Shown here: piece by piece, positions 26,802-38,104 of the stretch
Layout: each line of letters opens with the position of its first letter
How positions within the stretch are numbered: position 1 is the stretch's first letter
Source: a virus
Strand: one strand, 5' to 3'
Virus record (IMG/VR): IMGVR_UViG_3300022752_000025
Coordinates: 32,001-96,000 of that record
DNA length: 64,000 bases
Position numbers and translations under genes: made by a program
The notes under the pieces: generated by a model
Told to the model about the DNA's origin: nothing
What the model saw: only the letters and a program-made list of their open reading frames with translations
The model's database searches: none

Positions 26802-28414
26802 TTATTGTATCACCCAAACAATTTCGTCAAATCCTTCGCTACCAGCATCTAATACTTCTTGGTGATTGCCGTAATACCATTCAGAATTTACATCACGAAT
26901 AATTTTTGCTTCTCTTAATAACTGAACATAGGCTAACCCATCTTCATATCCTTTCACACATATATGTGTTTCTGGCGGTAATTCTTTAAGGCAATTAATT
27001 AATTCTTTTGCCGTCATATTCCATCCAATTTCTTGCGTGATAAGGGCTTGGAAAAGTTTTTACTATTTTTGCGTCTTTAAATACCCAATGTCCTTTAGCA
27101 GTAATTTGTTCTTCATAAACTGCCCATTTATCTAGAGGCTTACCAAATTCATCTTCAAGCTCTTTAATATAACGAATTACTTTATTCATTGATACCAAGC
27201 AATTTATCTAAATATTTCTGTGCATCTTTGACCGATTCAAATTGCTTTAATATTTTAACAATCATCTTTGGTTTTTCACCAATATTTTCTAGAGTAATTG
27301 TCTTTTCATACACTCCCCAAGAAAAAAGAAGATTGCCGTATTGATCTTTAATTTGATCTATGTAATGATAAGTAGTTTTCATTTATACTATGATATTAAT
27401 TTTGGCATTAAGTTTATAAACTTTATCGCCTTGTTGTTCATCGGGGTCATTTAAAGTATTACGCTTTTTCTCGCTAAATCCATAGACTTTACCATCATCA
27501 AGATCAACAATATTATTTGAACCATTCTTAATCTTCATAAAGACCGAATGATTCCCTCTCTGGACAGATTCGGGGTCAAAGAAAGAAAAAACTTCTCCCT
27601 CTTTAATCGAATCAAAGTCTACCATAGCCTCTTTATCTCTAGATGTTATTGTATATTTCATATTTAGAATTTTTTATCTGTAATTTGCTCCGATTTTGTT
27701 GGCTCTGGTTTGGTTAAGTTATTAAAAGGTATTGAATCTATTAGTCTAACTAATTCTTCTAATTTCTGTATTTTTTCAGTTTTCGTTTCTTCATCCATTT
27801 TTAATATAATTGTTGTTTGTGCGGAGGTCATATTTAAACTAGATATAACTAATTCTAGTTGTTCCTCAGAAAATGTTATTGTTTTGGTTTTCATAAATTT
27901 TAAAATGGTCTAAAGTTATACATCCTTTCTGCTATCTTACTAATATTTGATTTATTTGTCAAACTGAATCCGTATTTTTTCTTAAATTTTTCTAATAAAA
28001 CTTTATTTATAGTTTCTTTACCAAAATCTCCAATACTGCTTTCGTCAGTTAAAATATATTCGCCTTTTTTTAAATTAAATAAACGCATTATTTCTTCAAC
28101 TTGATCTTCATACCTCTCTATCGTCTTAGTTTCGGCAAAATCAATAATTTCGCCATCGTATGAAATTAATTTTCCTTTATTAAGGTCGTATCTAGATTTC
28201 ATCTGCTCCATTGAAACTCAAAAATCCATCCTAGCCAATTAACTCCACATTCAATATAATATTTGCTTGTCCTACCGAAAAATCTTGGAAACAATCTAAA
28301 TTTATATGAATTTAAAATATAAAGTCCAGAATCTTTAAATCTGATGCGATAATGAACTTTGCTAATAAAAATGTCATTTTCTTTAGCCCACTTTTCATAT
28401 TCTTCACTCGTCAT
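26802..28414 (-). other. Run of seven small hypothetical CDS (26802..27017, 26995..27198, 27182..27382, 27383..27661, 27664..27894, 27900..28211, 28199..28414)
   Basis: ORF track; abutting/overlapping on one strand. Confidence 0.65.
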
Positions 28415-28693
28415 CTTTTTTGCTTTCCTTCATAATCTGCTTTGTTAATTTGTCAATATTTTCGGCCAGACTATATAGTGAGCCATCAATACCTTGCAAA
28501 GTGCCTTTAATCTGTAATAGTATTTTTGTATAATCGTTGTTCATTTTATCCTTTCTATTAGATGATCTAATTTAAACATTAGTGATTCGTAATCAAAATG
28601 TGATGAGTCTTGATCTTTAATATGATGCAAGGCTTCATCTAATTTTAATAGTTCTTCTTTCGTGAACCAAACATCATATAAATCATTCATAAA

Positions 28694-29392
28694 TTAATCC
28701 CATAAATCTCTAAAGTAAAGTCCAAGCAAAAGAAAACCATTTCTTTGACGCTCGTAGGCTTTATTTAATTTTGAGTAATCTGGCTTAATATTATCTTTTG
28801 CCTCAAATTCAACAGAATAATTACCATCACTTTCTTTTGTTAAAAACATTTTATTATCACGAATAGGGTCAAAACCTTCTGGATAAACTTCATAGAGCTT
28901 ATCAATCTGTGCTTTAGAGTCATCTTCAAGTAAAAGAAATTCAAGAGCAAAAATAATCTCATCTAAAACATTTTCATATTCTTCTTTAGAAAGAGAAATG
29001 TTTTTATTAATTGATTTGTCAATGAAATCGCCTTGTTCTTCGCTATATTCTAAATTTTTTTCATCATATATATACGGAACAATCTTATCGTCTACTACGA
29101 GATGATGACGATTAGAAAGACTATTAAAGTTTTTGCGAAGATGTTTGATTCTTGGCAAAATAAATTCTGCGGTAGCTTGTGGAAGATTCCAACAATCGCT
29201 ATCAGAATAACCACGAATTAATTTTTGAAATGTATTTTTTATTTTAAACTTACCATTTAAAAAAATATGAGAGTAATAATTTACTTCACCAAAAAACCAA
29301 TTTAAAATAGGATTCTTGTGAAATCTAAAACTACGCATCAATTCTTCTAAAGTTTGTCTTTCGTTCATATTTTGTTTAAAATATCTTTGCAA
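28694..29392 (-). CDS. Conserved hypothetical phage protein
   Basis: RGYSDSDCWNL...ILPRIKHL...GFLLLGLYFRDLWD; start probably MNERQ. Confidence 0.75.
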   Translation of the reverse strand: MQRYFKQNMNERQTLEELMRSFRFHKNPILNWFFGEVNYYSHIFLNGKFKIKNTFQKLIRGYSDSDCWNLPQATAEFILPRIKHLRKNFNSLSNRHHLVVDDKIVPYIYDEKNLEYSEEQGDFIDKSINKNISLSKEEYENVLDEIIFALEFLLLEDDSKAQIDKLYEVYPEGFDPIRDNKMFLTKESDGNYSVEFEAKDNIKPDYSKLNKAYERQRNGFLLLGLYFRDLWD

Positions 29393-30702
29393 TAGTTTAG
29401 TGCATCTGTAATATCTTGTAAAGAATAATCTTTTGTAACGCCCCCATTAAAATTAAATCCTTCGCTTTTCTTGTGAAAAGTAACCATTAATTTTCCATCT
29501 GGATGTTGATAGCTATAACCACCTGCACTATTATATGTTTTTTGTTTGCCATAAAAATAGGCGGTTCCAACTAAATTTTCCTTGCTGGTATTATATAAAC
29601 GAATAGTAATTTTATCGGCAGGGAAATCTGCCGTTGAACTTTTATTAATAATCTTAGATGGATTAATCAAATTAGAATTTTTAACTCTAGCATTATTTTC
29701 CCAAACAATTTTATCTATAACTGGATTCATAAACCTTCCTCCTTGCATTTGTCCTCGTATGCTTTAACTTCGTTGTATTCTTCCCAACGCCCAGCGTTAG
29801 CAAGAACATTACTAGTTAAAAGAACTCGGTGTTCGTCTACATTTTTAATATTTTTTTCGTCCCAAGTCAAGAGAATAATGCCAAGACCAAAATTATCATA
29901 GTCATCAATTTTTAATTCAACGCCCTTTTTTTCTTCTTGATCTAAAATGCTTTCTACTGCTCTTGTGCAAGCCTCGCTATACCAATCACTCTTACTTATA
30001 ATTTTGGTATCAATGTCTACCTTGGCAGACCAATTATGTCCAGTAACATAAATATTCATATTAAAATGGGAGATCACCTCCTTCATCTTCGCTTTCGTCA
30101 ATAAAATCTAAAACTCTTTCATTTTCTTCGTTAGAACGAAACCATAAGATCGTATTATCCCCAACCATTTGAGCGTCTTGATATTCTAATGGACATTTAG
30201 ATAAACGCTCTTTAACAATATCTACAAAACGATTTGAAACACGAACAAATAAACTTTCATCATTCTCAATCCATTCATAGGATTCAGCAAATTCATCACA
30301 AATCATTTTAATTTTAGGATGCAGTTTCATAGATTATTTAAATCAACCTTATCTGGTTCGCCTTCTTGACAAAGAAGCTGACCTTTAATGTGCATAAGAG
30401 CTTCAACAGCAGAGTCTAAGTCATATTCTGATGTATCACTCGTATCAAAATCAATACTTTCTTGAAGATCAAGAATATCTTGAATAATTAAATCAATTTT
30501 ATCAATTTGTTTTTTGTTCATTGTTCATCTCCTGTTTAAGATTATCTACCCCTTTTTGTCCTAAATCAAGAACAAAAGCGGAAGGATGTATGTGCAAGTG
30601 CATATCTAGGTGAGGAATAAAACAATAAAACATATCAATTTTACTATCATAGTATTTTACTTCTGATATTGTTCCGTATTTTTTGCTTTTAATTTTTTTC
30701 AA
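29365..30702 (-). other. Run of five hypothetical CDS (29365..29748, 29727..30101, 30061..30330, 30327..30521, 30502..30702)
   Basis: ORF track; starts uncertain. Confidence 0.65.
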
Positions 30703-31624
30703 GATGCTCCTTATGATATTCGTGGCCTTTTTTGGTCAAAGCACGACCAGTAGGACGAATTTCTATTAAGTGATTACGCATAAGATATAATTCTACATTT
30801 TTCTGCAACATATCTTTGCTTAAATTAGTTTTTGCGGAAAGATTAGTCAAACGCAATTCACCATAATTTTTAAGAATTTTAATTACATTAAGTTCAATTT
30901 CTGTTAAGCCCAAAGGATAAATGGATAAACTATCTTTAATTTCAACCCAGCCATTTTTATCTAATTCTTTGGAATTTTTAGATGCCAAATAAGACGAAAT
31001 TTGATTTGCCATAGCTTGAGCTTGTCTGGCGTTGCCACGGCAAACACTAGCTATATCATTAATAATTTCTTCTTTTACAAAACGATTTTTTAATTTAAGA
31101 TTATTATTTATAATTTTACCGAGATCAATGTAGGAATAATCTTCAAGATCAATTCTATAAAGACGATCAAGAAGTGCGTGAAAAATCTTTTGTGCTTCTG
31201 TGGTGCAAAAGAAAAAAGAATTTTGATCGAATCTAAATTGATATGTTCCTTCATCAAAAGTAAATTGATTCATATTATTTTCATTAGGATTAAGAATCGT
31301 AAGAAGTGCCATCGTAACATCTCTAGGTAATTCACTCGCTTCATCAAAAATAATAGTTACATCTTTATCAAAAACATAGGGTAACATAATTTGATTAAAA
31401 AAACTTTTAACATTTTTAATAGTAGAACAATTAACTATAATCGTTTTTTCACGCTTCATTATATTTGCCGTCTCTTGAGCGATAAGAGTTTTCCCGCATC
31501 CTCTTGGAGCTACAAAAAGAAGATGAGGAACGATTTTTGTTTTAGAAAATCCTTCTAAAAGAAAGTTCAATTTCTTTTTTACCTTGTCTTGGCCTACGAT
31601 TTTAAAATAATTTTCTTGTGACAT
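30689..31624 (-). CDS. ruvB: RuvB-like AAA+ ATPase (Holliday junction helicase family)
   Basis: IVGQDKVK, PHLLFVAPRGCGKT, FDEA, ALLDR, RGNAR, ELYLMRNHLIEIRPTGR winged helix. Confidence 0.8.
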   Translation of the reverse strand: MSQENYFKIVGQDKVKKKLNFLLEGFSKTKIVPHLLFVAPRGCGKTLIAQETANIMKREKTIIVNCSTIKNVKSFFNQIMLPYVFDKDVTIIFDEASELPRDVTMALLTILNPNENNMNQFTFDEGTYQFRFDQNSFFFCTTEAQKIFHALLDRLYRIDLEDYSYIDLGKIINNNLKLKNRFVKEEIINDIASVCRGNARQAQAMANQISSYLASKNSKELDKNGWVEIKDSLSIYPLGLTEIELNVIKILKNYGELRLTNLSAKTNLSKDMLQKNVELYLMRNHLIEIRPTGRALTKKGHEYHKEHLEKN

Positions 31625-31661
31625 AAGATGTTTATATACCAGTTTAAAAGTAAGATCAAGT

Positions 31662-32345
31662 TTAATTTACTTGAAAATCAATCTGTTCTTCTAAACTATT
31701 ATATGTTTTAGTATTGACTTCCTTTTCAATTCCTTTTATATTTAAATTGTCGAGGAATTTCTTTGATACGATAATAACCGCATCTTGTTTCAATACTTTA
31801 TTAAGTTCGCTCAATGGAATCATTGAAAAACAAAACGAGCCTTTTTTACGCCCACGATTAGATTTCATCTTCTTCATCATCCTTTGATAGATTTTGCATA
31901 GCATTTAATAAATCATACTTCAAAGATTCTAATACGCCAATAACTTGATAAGCGGTCATATCACTTTCGTAGGCATATCTCACAATATCCTTATATAAGA
32001 TTTGTCTTAACTGATTACCAGCTTGGCAATTAAAATTATTTTCTTCGCTCATAGTTTTATTTCATTTATAAATGGATTCATTTGTATATTGTATCTAGTT
32101 ATTCTAAATCCTAGACCAAGTATAGCAAATGTAAAGATTTTTCCATATTCGTATGATTCAAATGAAATATTGGTCATTAAATTTAATTTAAATCCAAACC
32201 ATTTAGTATCATCGTCCCAAGATGCTGTCAAGCGATCTGTATATTCACAATAACCGAGAGTAGTGGCGGGTAAGATCACTCCTATTGTAGTTTGCTTACC
32301 CATCCAAAACTCTCTGCTTTGTGGAATATGTATTCCAAATTTCAT
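31662..32345 (-). other. Three small hypothetical CDS (31662..31904, 31858..32052, 32049..32345)
   Basis: ORF track. Confidence 0.6.
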
Positions 32346-33251
32346 TTATCCTTTAATGAATCTCCCTGTTTTTGGGTCACGCTTGCTATGATAGTTTTTT
32401 AACGAACCATCATTAGCGTAATCTGGAATATCATCGTCCTCATCCTCATAATCATCATCCTCGTCTCCAAACATTTCTGCCATAGCTTCTTGAGCCTCTG
32501 GACGATAAGGATGAATATAATTGTCATAGACCTTATCATAAAGTTCTTTATCTAGAGCTTTACGATACAATGCTACTACCTCTAAACGAGATGCACGAAG
32601 TTTTTGACATTCGCAATCTGTTGGAACAGATACAACATCGGCAGGGTTAATCTTAACTATTACAAGATTACCACCACCATTGAAACTTTTTGCATACTCC
32701 TCGGAACCAGCGTGATAACCAGCAGAGCAACCAACATCTGCATTATCGCAAACTTGATTACGAGCCATCTCACGAACTTGACCGATTGAAAAATCGTGTT
32801 CGCCACTATACCAATCTTTAAAGTCTGCACGAACACTCTTATACGCAAGGAAATCTCCATCGGGAGTAAGAGGCATCTTCTTATGCTCCAAGAATTTATA
32901 CAATTCATTTACTGCCCTGCGAGAAGGATTTTGCATTAGCTTATCAAGAAACTTAACAAGAGGCTCATAAGGCAAACCATTCTTAATAAAATTTAAGATT
33001 CTATCTACAACGATATTATGAATTTCCTCGCCAGCATAAGTTACAAGACCATCACGGACTTCAATCTTTCCGTGAGAGAATCGTGCAATAGCTTTGCTCT
33101 TGTCTAGTAAGTCTGGTAGATCATTAAATCTGCCTTCACGAATTGCGGTGATAGCGTCATTCCAAACTGGATTTTCGCTAGTAATAGTCTTTGGCTCATC
33201 GTTAAGAACGATGGTAAGACTACGATCAGTTAATATATATGGTATCTTCAT
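32346..33251 (-). CDS. rIIB: rIIB-like protein
   Basis: NPSRRAVNELYKFL, TPDGDFLAYKSV, CSAGYH, VKINPADVVSVP. Confidence 0.88.
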   Translation of the reverse strand: MKIPYILTDRSLTIVLNDEPKTITSENPVWNDAITAIREGRFNDLPDLLDKSKAIARFSHGKIEVRDGLVTYAGEEIHNIVVDRILNFIKNGLPYEPLVKFLDKLMQNPSRRAVNELYKFLEHKKMPLTPDGDFLAYKSVRADFKDWYSGEHDFSIGQVREMARNQVCDNADVGCSAGYHAGSEEYAKSFNGGGNLVIVKINPADVVSVPTDCECQKLRASRLEVVALYRKALDKELYDKVYDNYIHPYRPEAQEAMAEMFGDEDDDYEDEDDDIPDYANDGSLKNYHSKRDPKTGRFIKG

Positions 33252-33272
33252 TTATGTATCTTTACTCCTTTT

Positions 33273-35480
33273 TTAATTTTTGTCAATAAGATTTATATAT
33301 TCGGCAATCTTTTCAATTTTAGGTTTTGATTCGATTTGCCATACATTAACGCAGGGCAGAAAGATATTCAACATAGAATACTTTTCTCTCACAGCTTTAA
33401 TAAGTTTCTGCAAATCATAAGTCGGCTGGACATCTTTGAATTTAATATCAAACTCTGCATTTTTCAAAAACTCCAAGACTTCATTTACTTTCTTGAAGTT
33501 AGACTTTTTATAAAACATAACTGCACTCAAGTATTGAGCAAACTCACTATTGTTATTAGAGATAGAGTTATGTTTATTAATTCTTTCTGCAAGATCAGAA
33601 AACTCATCTCCATCATCTTGCTTGATATGATCTTGCCAATGCTTTGAGTCTATAACGAGTTGAGCAGTTTTATCAAACTCCTCACGAAGATTCTCCTCCA
33701 TATAAGACCATAGATTAACAAGATTTTTATTCTTGGAGATTACTTTCTTTTTGGATTCAAAAGTTTTTGTTTTAATTCCATAGATTGCCGTAATCTTATC
33801 GCCAGTAAGCTCCTCATACTTTTCTATCGTATCTTTAAATGTGCCATTACCGATTAAAGTTTTGCCATTCTTTGCTACTGCTTGAAATGTATTGAGTTCT
33901 ACATAGATAGCTTTATCATTCGCAAGATCAATGCTCATAATTTCCCAATGAGCAGACTTTGTTCCCCAATTACGAGCATCACTACGCTTAAACTTAAAGA
34001 TTTGAGCAGAATGTTTTGTGTTCTTTGGAGCAACAGATGAATTACCAGAGCTAACTTGCTGAATACTAATTTTTTCATAATCAGAAAGTTTAAGATAATT
34101 CTTATCTACAAGACCAAGTGATTTGTCAAATGTCGTTCTATCGGCATCAGTCTTAAATGTGATAACATACGCACCATCAATCTGATCGCCAAGCTGATTC
34201 CAAAGGGTTGCTAATCTGAAGGTTACACCTTGCATAGAACCAGTATCATTAACTAAAATCTTGTGAGATTTCTCGCAAATAATTCTGGAATCTTCTGATT
34301 CTGAAACTAGCTTTGTGCTTCTGCGAGATTTTTGATAAAACCTTACTACAACTTCACCAGCACAAACTTTATCTATGATAGTTTTATTGAACGGAATAAT
34401 ATGATCGTTTATAACTTTACCATTCCATTGAATCTTATTGTTCAAAGAGCTACGAACAATATAACCTAAACTGCCGTGAGTTCCAAATACTTCTTGGAAC
34501 AAACACTTAACATCAAAAATATTGTCAGATGCTTTGAATTGATTTGAAATGGATTCTGCAATCTCTTGTTTTACTTTCTTGAATTTAGCTTTAATCGCTT
34601 TCTTGGTCTTATCGGTATATTCAAGACTCTCACGACTTGCGGTAATATCTAGCTCACCTAGATCAAAGTCTACTTCAAAACCTTGATTACAAAGACTTTC
34701 TAACTCATCGTCTTTGAAATCTACATCGCTAGTATCAATATCATATCCAACACCCATTACTGCAACAGAATTAGAACGACTATAATAATCACCCTTCTCA
34801 CTATAATAACGCCAGCTTTTACCTTCAAATACTGGTTTGCGATCATAGACTTTTGCTAGTTCGTCTTTGCTTGCACCTTTGATAACTGGTTTATTTTTAA
34901 AATGTTTGAATAAATTAATCGCAGTATTCAAAAAGGTTTGAGTATCATCTTCACGAATTGGAACAGAAATCATAACACCAGAAGGTTCGGAAGATTTTTC
35001 CTCTTTGAGTTTTACAATCTTACCAATTTTAGTTTCATCAATAAAAGCGTTGTAAGTAGTCTTAACTCCTTTATGAAAAGAAATTAAAACAAAGTTATCA
35101 CCATAGCTGAATGGTGCAAACTTACCAATGCCATAATAACCGATAGCAGAATTGTTATTACGCTTTGTGGATTCACCATAGAAACAATAAAGGTTTTTAA
35201 TGTCATCAGCAGAAAGACCATTACCAAAATCTCTGATAGTTAAAGTAGGGTCTAGCTTGGTAGGAAGTTTAACTTCAATAGAACGCTTGCTATTCGCTTC
35301 GATATTAGCGTCTTGTGCATTACAAGCAATCTCACGCAAAACTGCTAGAGGTTTATTGGAATACAACTGATTACGAAGGATATTAAAAATATAAGGAAGT
35401 CCAGATTGCTTGATTCCAAAACTTACGGATTCAAAATTATCAGACTCTACAACATTGATTGGCTTTTCGATTAATTTCAT
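33273..35480 (-). CDS. rIIA: rIIA-like protein (N-terminal GHKL ATPase)
   Basis: LYSNKPLAVLRE..CNAQDA, IRDFGNG, STK, GYYGIG, ELDITASRESL; directly upstream of rIIB. Confidence 0.88.
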   Translation of the reverse strand: MKLIEKPINVVESDNFESVSFGIKQSGLPYIFNILRNQLYSNKPLAVLREIACNAQDANIEANSKRSIEVKLPTKLDPTLTIRDFGNGLSADDIKNLYCFYGESTKRNNNSAIGYYGIGKFAPFSYGDNFVLISFHKGVKTTYNAFIDETKIGKIVKLKEEKSSEPSGVMISVPIREDDTQTFLNTAINLFKHFKNKPVIKGASKDELAKVYDRKPVFEGKSWRYYSEKGDYYSRSNSVAVMGVGYDIDTSDVDFKDDELESLCNQGFEVDFDLGELDITASRESLEYTDKTKKAIKAKFKKVKQEIAESISNQFKASDNIFDVKCLFQEVFGTHGSLGYIVRSSLNNKIQWNGKVINDHIIPFNKTIIDKVCAGEVVVRFYQKSRRSTKLVSESEDSRIICEKSHKILVNDTGSMQGVTFRLATLWNQLGDQIDGAYVITFKTDADRTTFDKSLGLVDKNYLKLSDYEKISIQQVSSGNSSVAPKNTKHSAQIFKFKRSDARNWGTKSAHWEIMSIDLANDKAIYVELNTFQAVAKNGKTLIGNGTFKDTIEKYEELTGDKITAIYGIKTKTFESKKKVISKNKNLVNLWSYMEENLREEFDKTAQLVIDSKHWQDHIKQDDGDEFSDLAERINKHNSISNNNSEFAQYLSAVMFYKKSNFKKVNEVLEFLKNAEFDIKFKDVQPTYDLQKLIKAVREKYSMLNIFLPCVNVWQIESKPKIEKIAEYINLIDKN

Positions 35481-35523
35481 ATATTGAATTTAAATTAAAT
35501 TTAAAATGAAGTCAAAGAAAATT

Positions 35524-36636
35524 TTATTCGTAGCTATCTCTATCAATAGCAATCACATAAGGAAATCTTGGCACTTCGTCTGGTGTATAATTGAAAAATT
35601 TTATTGTAGCTTTCTTTCCTACTAATTCATTTCTTTGTTTGTAGAGTTCTTTAAGATAACCAAAATCACCTTTGATATTGCTCTTAAAATATTTACCTTT
35701 AGCATTTGTAAATTCCATATAGCCAGCAGTTCCTTTGCGGTTGCCTTCGCCTTCTTTGACTCCATTGATAATAAATTCAGCATCCATAAACTCTTTTCTT
35801 TTAAGAAGAAATTTGCTACGCTTATTCTCGTAAGGTTTATTAAGTCTAACCATCTGACCCTCATAACCATTCTCCATATACATTTCGTAAGATTCAGTAA
35901 GTTCTTTTTCGTTATTTATTTTTAATGTAGTAACAACAACAATACTTGCGTATTTTCTTTTATTAAGAGCATTTGAAACTGCTTCGTATCTCTCATAGAA
36001 TAAATCTTTTTCATTTAACAAACCAATTTTAGGTGAATCATAAACCCAATATTGAATACTATCTGCACTTTCTTCTAATTCTTCGTCAGTAGGTTTAGTT
36101 CTCTTTACAAGAGAACAAATCTTATTAAAGTCATTTGCAAACTTATCACAATATAGTTCACCATCAAGAATTGCATTTGGATAATCTTTAAAGAATAAAT
36201 CTAAATTCTGGCGAATATGCGGAGCAGAAATAATCTTTTTGCCATTTCTGCTAAACATTCCATCTTTTGTTACGATGCAACGAATACCATCAAGTTTAGG
36301 TTGGCTATAAACTGGATAAGCGATTTCGTGATCTTCATACTTTTGTGCAAGCATTGGCTCAAAATATTGTTTTTTATTAATATCTTTGATATCTTCAAAA
36401 TAACCAGATTCAAGTTTTTGCTTACGCTTTGCTTCTGCCTCTTTTAAGGCTTGTTCGCTTGCGGAAGTAGCATTTGCACGACCAGTATTTTTAGCCTTGC
36501 AATCTGTCCATTCATTAATAATTTTTTCACCATCTGTTTGACCAGAAATTGTGCGGTATTGATTTCCTTTGACTTCAATAGTCCATTCTTGGACTTTGCC
36601 AGTCTTTGTCTTTTTATAAATTGTAGGTAGCTTCAC
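35524..36636 (-). CDS. ATP-dependent DNA ligase
   Basis: PMLA, QPKLDGIRC, LDGELY, YEGQMVR, LLKRK, PRFP. Confidence 0.93.
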   Translation of the reverse strand: MKLPTIYKKTKTGKVQEWTIEVKGNQYRTISGQTDGEKIINEWTDCKAKNTGRANATSASEQALKEAEAKRKQKLESGYFEDIKDINKKQYFEPMLAQKYEDHEIAYPVYSQPKLDGIRCIVTKDGMFSRNGKKIISAPHIRQNLDLFFKDYPNAILDGELYCDKFANDFNKICSLVKRTKPTDEELEESADSIQYWVYDSPKIGLLNEKDLFYERYEAVSNALNKRKYASIVVVTTLKINNEKELTESYEMYMENGYEGQMVRLNKPYENKRSKFLLKRKEFMDAEFIINGVKEGEGNRKGTAGYMEFTNAKGKYFKSNIKGDFGYLKELYKQRNELVGKKATIKFFNYTPDEVPRFPYVIAIDRDSYE

Positions 36637-36667
36637 AATTCCAGTCTATACTGGATTAACCAACTTG

Positions 36668-36859
36668 TCAAATTTTGTTTTTTTTTGATTTAGAAGGAGT
36701 TGCAACTTTAAGCAAACTCCAAGTTCCGTCTTTATTATCGTGCCAATCTATCGTATCACCAGTTTTCCAGCCCATTTTCTTCATCAAAGAATTAGGCAAT
36801 TCAATATACAAATAACCATCTTTCTCTTTAACTTCAAGAGTATGAGAGTTTTTCTTCAT
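36668..36859 (-). CDS. AbrB/MazE/SpoVT-like DNA-binding protein
   Basis: IELPNSLMKKMGWKTGDTIDW. Confidence 0.7.
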   Translation of the reverse strand: MKKNSHTLEVKEKDGYLYIELPNSLMKKMGWKTGDTIDWHDNKDGTWSLLKVATPSKSKKNKI

Positions 36860-37439
36860 TGAATAAGTTTATCTTTCTGGCTCTTTCTTGAGGAGTATCA
36901 TTTAATACTGATATTTCTTCTAAACCTAATTCTCTTATCTTATCGTTATATGCTTGACCCGCATCATCTTCATTATCAAATGCTCCTAACCAAAATGTTT
37001 TACCATTTACCCTTAAAACTGAAATCCATTTATTTTTCTTTTTATTAAAATGAACACCTTTATATATTGATGTCGTAGGTTTGCCACCATAAAAACTTCT
37101 TTTAGATGAGTTTAAAGCGTTGCCAGATTTATTTAAGTCTCTTAAATTTTCAATTTTATTATTTTGAGGATTATTGTCTTTATGATCTACTAACTTTGGA
37201 AGATAACCATAATGCCAATAGAAAAATAATCTATGTAATGCTAATTTATAGGCACGACCATTTTTTGTAAAACATATTCCTAAATGTCTTTTCTCTATTG
37301 GTCTGTTTCCTTCTATTAAGAATATAGAAGCGACCTTACCAGAAGCAACTCGAATTATCTGTTGTTTATCTAAATCTATTGTAAGATATTTTCTAAGTTT
37401 TTCTGGCGTTGGAAATAATCTTTTTATTAAACATTTCAT
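36834..37439 (-). CDS. Free-standing HNH-AP2 homing endonuclease
   Basis: HRL..VDHKDNNPQNNKIENLR (HNH) and SIYKGVHF..KW..LGAF..AYN (AP2). Confidence 0.88.
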   Translation of the reverse strand: MKCLIKRLFPTPEKLRKYLTIDLDKQQIIRVASGKVASIFLIEGNRPIEKRHLGICFTKNGRAYKLALHRLFFYWHYGYLPKLVDHKDNNPQNNKIENLRDLNKSGNALNSSKRSFYGGKPTTSIYKGVHFNKKKNKWISVLRVNGKTFWLGAFDNEDDAGQAYNDKIRELGLEEISVLNDTPQERARKINLFNEEKLSYS

Positions 37440-37441
37440 TT

Positions 37442-38089
37442 TTATCTAGGAGTTAAAACTTTAACAACAAATCTAATGCCCTTCCAATTCATCCACTCTA
37501 ATCCTCTGATAAGTTTTGTAATAGACCTTTGAATCTTCCAGCTAATTCTTTCAACAGAACGAATATAATAATTAAAATAAATCCTATAAACTGGACAACG
37601 CATTTTCTTTTCGTGAAGATTGATCTCTGCTTCTAATTTTAATTGATGCTCAATTCTATCTTTACTAGGATACTTTTGATATTCTGGAAGAATTGTAATT
37701 TCTTTTACCTCACCTTTAACTATAACAGCTTTCCAGTCTGGATAAAAGTCTAGCCCATCAATATTATCTCCATATACAACACAACCAAAGGTAAAAGTGC
37801 CAGTAAAATCACCTCTAAATATTTGCTCCTCAAAATCTTTAACCCATTTATTTTTATCAAAAAATTCCCTAAACCTGCCATTACCTTCTACATAATTCGG
37901 ATTATCTTCCCAATGACCGACCTCTTTTAATTCAAATAATTTGTTATCTCTTAAAATAAAAGTAGACAGAGCATTTTCTTCTAATTCTTTTGTTTGAAAT
38001 TCCTCATCACGCCAATTACGATTTAGCGTTCTTAATGTAGCGTCAAGAGGTAATTCTTGCTCTACTCTTACATAATTAAATAATCCCAT
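37442..38089 (-). CDS. Hypothetical protein
   Basis: MGLFNY...FQTK motif; ORF track. Confidence 0.75.
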   Translation of the reverse strand: MGLFNYVRVEQELPLDATLRTLNRNWRDEEFQTKELEENALSTFILRDNKLFELKEVGHWEDNPNYVEGNGRFREFFDKNKWVKDFEEQIFRGDFTGTFTFGCVVYGDNIDGLDFYPDWKAVIVKGEVKEITILPEYQKYPSKDRIEHQLKLEAEINLHEKKMRCPVYRIYFNYYIRSVERISWKIQRSITKLIRGLEWMNWKGIRFVVKVLTPR

Positions 38090-38104
38090 ATTGTTTATTA
38101 TAGA

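Noticed and set aside
2321-36447. Many plus-strand ORF-track entries overlapping minus-strand genes (e.g. 2321, 3290, 9139, 9306, 33336, 35635)
   Set aside because: Antisense shadows of well-supported genes, without motifs or promoters
36834-37439. HNH-AP2 endonuclease as mobiliser of the ORF-less group I intron
   Set aside because: 15 kb apart and nothing in the sequence links them; free-standing HNH-AP2 genes are common in phages
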